Positions 48,301 through 60,300 of a DNA stretch of 64,000 nt are shown here, one piece after another. This DNA comes from Phallusia mammillata (taxonomy: Eukaryota), in assembly GCA_965637545.1 (NCBI GenBank), contig OZ281500.1, positions 23,746,001-23,810,000 on the forward strand, written 5' to 3'. Both the position numbers and the translations under genes were made by a program. Numbering within the stretch: the first letter of the stretch is position 1; each line of letters starts with the position of its first letter. Below the pieces are notes generated by a model, which saw only the letters and a list, made by a program, of their open reading frames with translations, had not been told where the DNA came from and ran no database searches.

Positions 48301-51300
48301 ATATTCAACTATTTTTCTACATTCAGGGTGAACAAGCTATGACGCCCCAACAATTTATTCACAACATGCAAGCTCTGATTCGACAGAGTGGGCATGATTT
48401 CCATCGAAGCGAAAGCAGCAATGATATGCTACAAACCCTCGAATCACTGCGAGTTTCGCTCAACAGCAATCCTCTCAGGTACATTACCGCATGTTTGGGT
48501 TTCCAGTTAGGTTTCACCTCACTGTACATAATGTCATGACTTGTAAACATGTGACAGCAAACTTAAAGTGTTGTGACATTTAAAGATCACTGATGCGCTT
48601 CAGTGTTATAGACATTGAAAAAAGCATTTAACCTTCACTAAACCTGTTTTCGAATTTTACTTTTTGTTTACATCAATGTTTTTATTTGTATAGCCACCCA
48701 GCAATTATGCCCAGATAAATACAGAGTTTGTTTTAACATGTTTTGGTGGCTATGGCCTAATGTAGTAAAAAATGCATAACTGATATATTGTTCAAACTAC
48801 TGTGCATTATATATAATGCATTAGAATTAGATCTAGGAAGATGTTTATGGATATTAACCTGTCCAAGCATTTGGATCATTAAACAAAATATTAACAACAT
48901 TTATTACACTACAATGAAGCAAAATAAAATCATTTTTAAATGCTGTTAAGATTCTAAACTTATTTATATGTCCCAAAGATTTAGCAATTATGATATTTAT
49001 ATGTCCTAAGATTTAGTAAATCGAAATGTTTATTTCAAGACCTATCGGGAAGTTTCATTGGCCTTTATATAGAGTCTGTAGCCATATCGCATTTTTTGTG
49101 TCTAAACATAGTTTTTGTTTTGTAGCTGGGTTCAGAACTTTGGTCGTGATGGTTTGGACACATTATTGAGGATCCTCAACGACCGATACGACCACCATCG
49201 CAACTCGGACACTGACAATAAGATCAAACATGAAATTATACGGTGTCTGAAAGCCTTCATGAACAACAAGGTACAGTAAATTGTGTAAGATGGATTCAGT
49301 GGTGAAATTTGTTCTTCTGTCTTGTTTGTAGCCTAATTGGGATTGGTCCAAGAGTTTTTCCCTTGTGGTAGAACCCTTTACTGTAGATCCCTTCAAAACT
49401 TGCATGTGAAGTATTGAACTTTTTCGGTTCCTCAAAATGAATGAAATTGTGTTGCAACTTAATTGCACTATAATGTCTCAAGCGCAGACAAATTTTTCTA
49501 ATGGTAGTTTACCTATTTTATTTTTCCTGTTCATTAATTGTCCTTAGGGGCCATTGTCAAGCATCTATTGCATATTTTTTTTACCATCATCTACTATTTG
49601 TGTGTGTGTTTTGATGCTTTTGTACATTGCTATTCAAATTGTGTTATTATCCTGATGAAGGTGTCTCGTATGTTATGTCAAAACGTTGAATACTTGTACT
49701 AAAACTGCTGGAAGAGCAATACTGGTTTATACAACGGAAACTATATTATCTGTTTTGTTTTATGTGTTAGTATGGAATCAGGGATATGTTCGACAAGGAA
49801 TTTGGGATTGTATCTTTATGTCGAGCGATCGATCCGTCCAACAAGATTATGATGACCGACACCGTGAAACTTGTTGCAGCCGTGTGTCTCCTCGAAGACG
49901 GGTTAGTCAGTCCATCTTTTTGTCACCAAACCTTACATGTGTTGTTTAACTTGACTTAATGGGTTTTAGGACAGCTTAAAGCTAACGTGTAAAGACATTT
50001 TTTTGCATGCTTTGAAAATTACTGAGTGGATTTTCCAAGCTTAGAAATGATTGGTTGATTAATATATCCAATATTGTGTCACTTTTAGTGTATAAACTCC
50101 AGTAGGTTATAAAACATGTAAAATTGTTATTTTTTTACATATTATACAAGGTCTTTTTTGAAAGTTTTGCATTGCAAACCAAGTTACCGAAATCTTTTAT
50201 TTTGCAGACATGAAAAAGTGCTAGAAGCCCTGACAATTTGCCACGAAAACAATCTCTTGCACCAACAAAACGCAGTAACTGATGAGCAACAAAACCACGC
50301 TATTTTGCCGGTCGGACCCACAAGATTCGATTCCATTATAAAGGGGCTTCGCAGCGGAGAAAAGTGGCCCCAACTCCGTGTGGCGTGTCTCCAGTTGGTG
50401 AATGTCCTCGTTTGCACACCAGATGAACTGGACTTTCGAATGCATTTAAGGAACGAAATTATGCGAGCTGGCCTCGTTCATATACTTGAGGTAAAGAAAT
50501 TTTGTGTGTGTTGAGTATTGTTGCATAGTGTATACAGACCATTATGCACATGTTTATAATCGGTTGGTTAATTAATCAATTAAACACTGGATTATGTGCC
50601 ACACTTTCAAAAAGAGAAGAAACACGAATGAAAGTATAGTTGTGTGACAGGTCAATGAAAAGTTAAAAAAGCATGTATTATCAGTTTGTGTCATTAAATA
50701 GGAAGTTTCAGTTCAGTTTCCTTTGTGAGTCATAAAGTTAGTTTGTACACATATTTTGTCACTAAAAATTTTGCTTTTATTCAACAAACAATGTAACCTA
50801 ATTGTGTTTAAGATTTACGTAATTAAATTTTGAAAAGGGTTTACCATTTAGTTTTACTATTCTGTTCAGAGAATTATAGCATTTCATATCATATTAGTTA
50901 GAGATATTGGTTTTGACTGTAGTTAATATTCACAAAAATGTATATTGTATTTATGTTCTTGGAATACATTATGGCAGCATCTGTTATAACTCCACTGTAT
51001 TACCATTTCTACTGTTCGATTTCTGTTAATGGACCAATTTAAATGTTTTCTGTGATGCCTTGCAAACAGTATTTAAATAACACCATTACCTAACTAAGTA
51101 ATTATAGTCCATCCACAAGATAGTCTTAAATTAATGCACTTCAACAGTTCTACATAAGGTTTTTTGTTTACATACAGAGCTATTACAGACAACAGCAATT
51201 ACAGCCTATACTCTGTAATAGCAGTTTAAATTGGACAGTTGTAAGCTTTTGGCATGTGTTTAATAGTTTGGCCATAAACTTCATCAAAGGGTTGTTAAAC

Positions 51301-54300
51301 ATCAAACCAACTTTTATATTGTTTGGTCTCCTGGGCGGGCTGTGTCTATAAACTTTACTTTATTTTGAAAACTGGTGCCAGGCTGTAGCTTTTTGCAATA
51401 TTTATGATCAGCATAATTTGCCTTTACTATAAAATAATGTGATGTTTGCAATCAGGTTACTGAACATGGGCATCTTCTTTGAAGGGAACACCTTTTTATT
51501 TAACTTACATTCCAGTACTCTTAGCAAAAACAAAACAAAAGATGTTTTCTTATCTTTACATGTAATGATTGATTTGTAAGATGCTAAATTTAAGACAAGA
51601 CCAGTGTTTTTCATTCTAAAAAAGAATTTTTGCACATTAAACTTTTTTTCTACATGTAATTTGAATTTGAAAAAAAACTGTGTTCCTATATATCAAACTT
51701 AGTTATTGACTTATATAATGTATTAATATTGGTGGTATTAATAAGATTTAAACAAGTTATTAAGTAATCATAATTAAAATCTAAATGATAATATTTTAAA
51801 GTTGTATGTGACATTGGGTATCAGTTGTAGTACTTCACTTTCCATGTTTGATGTTTTTCTTGCAATAGTTGACCATATTCGCTACGTAATCCTTGGAAAA
51901 CGATTACAGCGTTTTATTAGTTAAGGCGGCCAGCACTACCATAACAGGAAATGCTTGTAAATCGTGTTGCATTAGTGCACTGTTTGACATCATAGCTCCA
52001 TCTTTGACACTTCCAACTGCACCACACTGTCATTGAGGGTTCGTTTTATCTCTTGTGGCCGTTGTGGTATCAGTTTCACAAATGTAACCACCACTAACAT
52101 TAAAGCTAAAATACAATAATTATGCTTTAATTGTTTTTTATTAGGCTCCAATACGTTTAACTAAAAAGTAATAGCATGTTGTTTATTGTATGCCACTAGA
52201 TTTTTACTTCACCTTTTGACAATGACATAGGCAAATAAATGACCACAGGACTCTAAATGTGGAACAATCATTTCATTCACCAGATTACATATTTAGTTTT
52301 CCTTTTAACTGTTATAAAGTTCAGTTTCAGTTTACATAGTTTGGCATTTTGTGCACAATATTTTTTCACAAGCCAATCTATTTTAAAACTTTATTGTTAC
52401 TGTGGGGCCAAATACAATAGCCAATATTAGATCGCGGGCCGCACCTGTGTATCACACAAGGTGATTTTACTTCGTTGCTTACCCAATATATTTAACTACA
52501 AGTAAAATTCGCATTTGATTCTAGCCACAAACGCCTGGTCACAGAAAAATAGCATCGGGCGCATTAATCTGCTTAAAGATGTATAGTATTTGGACTCGTT
52601 TGTAAGTACATTTCAAATTCAGTCGTCTCTGCGGGCCGCACAACCTTTATTCAAGGGTCGCATGTGGCCCGTGGGCCGCAGCTTGCCCACCCCTGCTTTA
52701 GAATGTCAGAAGGGGTTTGAATCTTACAACTGAAACTGTATGACTAATCTGATTCAGTTATGTAAGGAATTGGTTTTGCTTCAGCAGTATTTTTACCCAA
52801 ATGTGATTTGTCTTTAATATTAAATTACCATGACTAATTTATTTGATTTAGGTGTTTGTTTCAAGCAGGTCTCGTGTGTTTGGACTACATACAAAAATAT
52901 GCTATAACACAAAAATCTAAATAACGATTGTAGAAGTATAAAAATAAAAATTACACATTTTGTGAATCTGTTTTTGTTTTTTAACCAGGGTTGCCCTGTT
53001 CAATGAAACAAGAAAACACAGCAGGGATAAAATGAATAAAATACTAAAAAAATATGTGTTTTTTGTTTCAGGATTTAAAAAGAAGTCAAAACGAAGAACT
53101 TCAAATCCAGTTGAGAGTTTTCGAGGAGCATCGTGACGGTGATTTTGATGAGCTTGTGGGAAGATATTATGACGTCAAGCAAGAATTTGAATATCCTTTG
53201 CTAAAACTTTAAAATAACCCTAGATCAAAGAGAATCAGCCGGTTTACACAATATTTGCACAGAAAATATATTTTAAACTTTAAAATATTTGACTAGTTAT
53301 GCATTGACAAGAAATACGATCCACATAATTGTCAAAAAACACTTACATTTTGTGCTTTGTCAATTCAGGTGAAAGTGGTAGTGTACTGATTCTTAACATG
53401 AGATTTTTCGTCCCTAAAGAAGCCTTTTGACATTTTTTAGACTTAATTCTGTGATGTCATGATTAGAATTTTAGTTTTTTGAAAAGGGGGTAAACGAAAA
53501 TCGTCTGGTTGTTTGTTATAACAATAACAGCTGGTCAGGAACCACTGGTTTAGAACCCGATTTTTTGACTTAAAGTAGCTTCTGAAAGTGAAACTTGATC
53601 CAAAACCTGCAAACTTTGTATTAAGGTTGTAACAGCTGACAGGTTAGAACTTTGATTTATTATGATTAATTGATTGGTGTCATTTTAAAGGAAGTTCAAT
53701 AATTGGTGAGCTATTGTCTACAGTGCCATCATGTGGGCGTTTCATTGACTGCAAGGTGATGAATAAATTGCCTCGAAGGGTTTATAGGCCTAATGAAACT
53801 ATTTGTTTCAGAATGAATCACTTTGTCTAAATAAGGTAACTTTTTACTGAACTGGTCAATTTGTTGCCCTAAGGTAGTAGTTTTCAACCTTTATTGGCAA
53901 CAATTCTAAACAGTGTCATTCCTCCCTAACATACTACATAGTAGATGCAAACCACACAAAGATCATTTAACTTTACGGGTCATGTTCCCAGAGCTAAAGT
54001 TTCTATTTACAAACCACATGTAAAAATTAAAGCAAATTCCTCCCCTCAAGTTTAAACTTCCTTCCCAGTTGGGAACCACTGCCCTAAGGGAACACATATC
54101 TTGCACTCTTGCATAAAAAAAAAATGGGGAACAGCATTAATATACATTGCACTACATTAAGCTGTAGTTACATGTGATCTAAAAAACAATAAAAAACGTT
54201 AAGCATGAAATACTTATGTTTATGCATAAATATTTTTTTAAGTTCCCCCTGTTTTTATATTTTTCTTAACTGACTTATTGTCTCGTTCACGGAGCCTGGC

Positions 54301-57300
54301 GAAATTTTTGAGATTTTGCAAAACTCGTTGGACGGCACGCCAAGTGAACCCTTCTTTCTGTCGATTCTTCAACATTTTCTGAGCATCCGTGATGATGAGT
54401 GGGCAAGGTGAGTGTTTCATGCGTCTGAGTAAACATTTAAGTTGCAACTTGATCCATACTTGATATTTGTTGCTGTCTGCTGTGTTTTGGATCAAAAATT
54501 TATCTTTCGGTTTATGTTATTTTAATTAGACGAAAAAGTTAAACACATGTTAGATAATTTACAACACCATCGGTTAACGTATATTTGTGCTTTAATTCCC
54601 GAATGTACTCAATACAAAAAAGCTATGTTTGGTGCTGTGTTCAGTACCGTATGCATATTTGTAGTTGGTTTGTGTTAAGAGCAAAGCACAGATCCACGAT
54701 TTATATCATTAATTTTTTAACATAAAATAGATAAAGCCAATACATTTGTGAAAGAATAATGCTTTGAAAACCTTTTTGACTTTTTGTTTACAATCATATT
54801 AGAAATACACTTCAGTATTTGTTTTAACAAAATAACAAACGAGTTATCAAAATGTCATGGTTTTCTTAAACATGTTGGCTTGTCTGTTTCATGTTAAAGT
54901 GTAGGTCTTGTGATTTGCCATTTATCCGTGCACAGACATAATCGTCTTTTAAACTTGCAGGCCTCAATATTACAAACTTATCGAAGAGATGGTCTCGCAA
55001 ATTATCCTCCATCGGAGCGGAATGGATCCCGATTTCAGGTAGTAACACAATGCTGCTATTGTTACATCACAGTTGCTTGAAGTCACACAAAAAGTTTTTC
55101 ATGCAATCACCGTTTATTGCTGGTTTGAAAAAAACAACAGGCAATCTTTCTTTTTCCGCAACAATCTGAAAAAACTTTGTTGACTACAAGTAAAGATGTA
55201 CACATAAAAAGTGCTCTATCAAATCAACAATACTATTTTGGCAACAAAAGAAAACACAAGATTATAAAAAAATACCATTAAAATCAGATCAAGAAAATTC
55301 AGCATGAAAAACAACTAAACCTGTCGCTGTATATTATATGTTTTACAAAAAACAAATGCATTTCGTTTTTTTCCAATTATGAGTTAGATTTGTTATAAAT
55401 GCTTATCTATTACTTGCCAATCATGATGCTTGTGTTTTTTGTGTGAAACTTTAAAATTGTTATTTTGTTTTCTAGTTACCGTAAGCGTTTTGCGATGGAC
55501 GTTGACCCTCTTATTGACCAGATGGTCGACAAAGCTAAGGTGGAAGACAGTGAATACCGAGCAACCGAAAGCCAGAAACAGGTTTTTTATCTTTCTATGT
55601 TTTCCTAATCCGCTTGTTGTAAAAGCATGAACAACGAAAAAATGCAATGTTTCTTAAACTGTATAAAACAACAAACCCTTTGAATAAATTACCTAAGTTA
55701 TAAAGTTTCATCAATGCCTTTTTATGTCAAACTTAAATAAACTAAGAAAAAAGATTGTTTCTACATGGCCAGAAATTTTTTTTCAGTGTAGCGTTTGAAA
55801 ATCAGTTAAAACTTGAACAATTTGTTTGGAATCTTCACACAAACTGTTTGGCTGTCTGTGGAGCACAGTGGGAACTGATGTCATTTTCTGCACACTTTTG
55901 TTACTTACCACATAGCTCCCTTTTTATGTTTACTTTCCTCATATAAAAAAAACTGGGATAAAAACCAGTGACCTTTCGTATAATTGCAAATCTTGGGCCA
56001 TGTTTGCAGAATGTGATATCTTGGTATCGACCAAACCCCTCTCAGGAATGTCAATTAAAATTTAATTCATTAATAATTGGTGAAGGAACTTCTATTGTCA
56101 TCTGTAAGATAGATTGAAAAACCCTACTGAACTGGGTATCAATTTTTAATGTGAATTTTAGATTACATTCACTGGTGTTGTATAACTATGGGTTTGTTCA
56201 AACTGTTTCATCAGGAAAGAGTGCTTCAAACTTATTTAAACTTGCACATGCTAGTTACTTATCCAAATTTACCCCTCCTGAAGTTTAACCCCGAATGATC
56301 CAGCGGTTCACCCACAGGCCTCCAAGATGTGAAATTTTAAAAATGGCTATACTTACTAAACTTCATGATTCAGGAGTTTCATACTTTGTTGCTTGGTGCA
56401 TTAGAATTAAAATAAAAATGATGTTTTGTATTTAAGATCCATATATTTTTGTGACCTTATATGTTTTTGTAAAAGCATTAAATCTTTTATTCATCGTCAT
56501 CAAAATAACACAAGTCAGATTATATTGGTAGAAAACTTTTGACATTCGCTTTACACTGCTGCACAATGTTTTACCAAACATTCTTTTAAAAATTGTGTAA
56601 ATAAGGTTTTGTAGACCTACATATGTTTTGCTTGAAAACGCATGTCAAAGGTTTAAGCTGTTACATTACTATCTTTGTGAACATTTTATTAAAGTGGTGG
56701 TTTTTGTTGTTCCTCAATCAAAATCAAAGTTACCATGAATTTAGAATTTATTTCCAAATTCATAAGCTCAGATATCGATCATCTAAAATATTGACTCTTT
56801 CATTGGTTTGGTTTTTATGCTGCTTCTCACATTGTTACAGCTTGAACAAGAACTCATCGCGAGACAAGAGGCAGAGCTAAAGTTGAACAAGAAACTTAAC
56901 GAAGTAACAGAACTTGAAAAGAAATTAAAGCAACAGGAATCTGAGATTACCGACCTAAAAGAAAAGGTGAATTTGTAACACAATTGTATTTGTAACAATG
57001 TTAAAATGAACGATGATTTTCGAAGCTTTTATTTCAGAATTAAAAAATCATTGTTTGGTAAAATCTGTACCTTATCTGGTTGTGGTAAATTTACTGATGA
57101 ATTATAAAGAATGTTTTATTCTTGTAACAATACGGATTTTTCGTTACATGTAAAATCTGTGCGATATCTGTTCGTTGTGTGTTAATTTACTGTAAGTGTA
57201 ACAATACAGATTTTTCATTACAGGTGAAATCAGGAGTAGTAGTGGCAGCAGCAAGTGGGAGTATCCCTCCACCACCTGGGTCAATTCCCCCTCCCCCAGG

Positions 57301-60300
57301 GGGAATTCCCCCACCCCCTCCACCACCAGGGGGCATACCACCCCCTCCTCCACCACCAGGTGGCATCCCTCCGCCCCCACCACCACCAGGGGGAATTCCC
57401 CCACCTCCGCCACCACCAGGGGGTGTCCCCCCACCGCCACCAGGGGGAATTCCCCCTCCGCCCCCTATGGGTGGAGTCCCACCACCGCCCGGCGGTCCTC
57501 CTCCGCCCCCCATGTTTGCCCCGTCAGCCCCAAAAGGACCCACTTTGCCAGCGGGGATGACAGCGAAAAAAACTTTCAAACCTGAAACCACAATGAAGCG
57601 CTTGAACTGGCAACAGCTGAAGCCTACAGTTATAAAGGAGGAGAGTTTCTGGGCCAAAGCGCAAGAAGACAAGTTCGAAAGTTCAGATCTCTTCACGAGA
57701 CTTATGGCTACGTTTGGACAGAAAAAAATCACTAAGAAGACTACGGAGGTCGAGAAGCCCCAGAAGAAGACCAAAGAACTGAAAGTTTTGGACGGAAAAT
57801 CAGCGCAGAACTTGTGTAAGTGATTTGGTTGTGAAAGTAAAATTGCCGTTTATAAAACTAACTACGAAGCACATAACTAAGCAATTTGATTACTTTGATA
57901 TCAGCCTGAGTTGTTGAACTTAACTGCACCAACCAGGGTTATTAAATCAGACTTAGTTTAAGTTAGTTTTTAAAAAAATTGGAGTTGGAGTTGATATTAA
58001 ATCATACAAGGCTAGCCTAAAGGCTTATGTTTGGTTGGATTCGAAGCAGAATATTCAGTAACTATGACTGTTGACAACATTAAAACTTACTGAAATCATA
58101 ATAATAATAATAATAAAGTCTCTCAGCATATCAGCTGTTGCTGCCAGGTATAATATCAAGTTTGTAGAGCTCTTCTGGCAATTTTATACAACATTTCGAC
58201 GTCCTATTCAGTTCGCCTTTATCAGGGTGAAGGTCTCTGAATTTTGGACTATCTGGCCCAGAGTATTAAAAGATACTGGTCTTATATTAAAATTTACTGA
58301 TATTTGGGCCAATATATTTCTCATTTGTGTGTGCTTTTATTTGTGTAGTAAATGTCTTGTGTTTTCATATAATAAAAGTAATGTTGCAAATATTTGTTTC
58401 AGCAATTTTCCTCGGCACATTAAAGGTTCCGTACCAAGATTTAAAAGACATGATCTTGTCAGTGGACGACAGGCTTGATGAGGCTTTGCTGATCAACCTA
58501 ATGAAGCAATTACCCGATGGCGAAATTATCGATGCACTAAAGGAATTCAAGAAACAATATGACGAGCTTCATGCATCTGAACAATTCCTCTGTACCGTAA
58601 GTACCCAAAATACATAAAACTCTGTGGTGGGATTCAAATTTTTTTCAACCGGTTCTATCACATAAGTCATATTTTTTAGCCAATTCTGTTACAAAAAGTC
58701 CGTTGACAGTAACCAGTAATGCTAACCGGTTCGATGATCTCATAAAATTTTGTGGGACGGTTCTATAGAACCGGTGCGAACCGGCTGAATCCCACCACTG
58801 GTTCTAACCCAAGCATGTGGTGTAAACTAGACGACGGTCGGAGAACCCTGTCTCCGGGCCAGACTGTGGCCCAAATGCGGGCCCATCAGCACGACACACT
58901 GTCCCGGGCTTCACTTGGTGCGTCATGAAGTATCGACCGCGCCAACATGTCGCAAATGATGCGAGCGATATCGCAGGCTCACGAGGCTGAGGCGAACACA
59001 TTTTGTCTAACTTTCTTAAGCCTTGTATAATGTGTCAAATCAAAACAGTGGTGTTGCTGTTTCGAATAGTATACTATGCTAGAATTATTTTGGACTAGTT
59101 AAACCAGTGGTTCCCAACCTTTATCGACGAATTCCTTACTTAACATTTCAAAACATCTTTATTCTTCCCCAATAGACTTCATAGTAGATGCTAAACCATA
59201 GAGAGATCTAAAATTGGGTCTTTTATCAACTTCACAGGTTATATTTCCAGAGGTTAATTGTCTATTTACAAGCCACATTTAAAAATTAAAGTAAATTCCT
59301 CCCCTCAAGTTTAAAAATTTGGTTGGGAACCACTGAGTCAAACCCAAACCATAATTGCAAATCCTATTCTGCTTTTTTTAATTTTCTGAATTGTGTAACA
59401 ATTTGATCGTAGTTGAGCGATGTATCACGGCTTCTACCAAGACTGAAGCACATTCAGTTCATGCGACAGTTTGACGAAATGGTCGGCGACATCAAACCTA
59501 ACATCGTGTCGGCCACCGCTGCCAGTCAGGATATACTAAAGAGTGACAGGTAAAATGGACTTTGATTTATACATAGAGAACATAAATAAAAAAATCAGTG
59601 TCAATCTAGTTCCAAAGGATAAATAATTGAAGAAATTATTTATATATTACCTTTTGCATATTAGTATATTCAAGATGAGTATAAATTTTCCACTGTTTCT
59701 TAAAATCTCTGCTTGATTTCTTGATTTGTGGGATAAAAAATAGGTAAATAAGTTACTCTTTTTACAAAGAAAAACGCTTAATTATGCATATAATATCTAT
59801 GATAAAAAAACTCTGGAAGATAAGAATTTTGGCAAAGTTTGCACTTTTTTTGAATGTGTACACATATCCATGCTAAATGTAGACTCCTTTTTCTGCATGG
59901 TTTGTGTATTCACTTGTCTCAAACTTAGCTTTAGACATATGGTTTGCCTACACTTAGTTTTTGTGGCAAAAATGTCAAGATATTAAAGTATTATCTGCTT
60001 TTCAAGTGGTCACATCAAACTTACATCACCGTAAAATTTACCAAAACTAGTTTTTCTTTAATTTCTTCTTCTCTGTGTAACGTTGTGAAGCATTTTAATC
60101 TGTTTCATTCTTGTCCTTAGATTTAAGAAATTCCTTGAACTTGTCCTCATGGTTGGAAACTACATGAACTCCGGGTCGAGAAACGCTCAAACTCTCGGTT
60201 TCGACATCAGTTATTTAACGAGGGTAAGGTTAACTACAAGTAATACGACTTAATGTCTGTGTTATAAAATAGTAAACCAACATTGTAATTTCTAATAATA

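Noticed and set aside
57144-57774. Gly-rich and His-rich ORFs overlapping FH1
   Set aside because: Antisense or frame-shift shadows of the poly-proline repeat.
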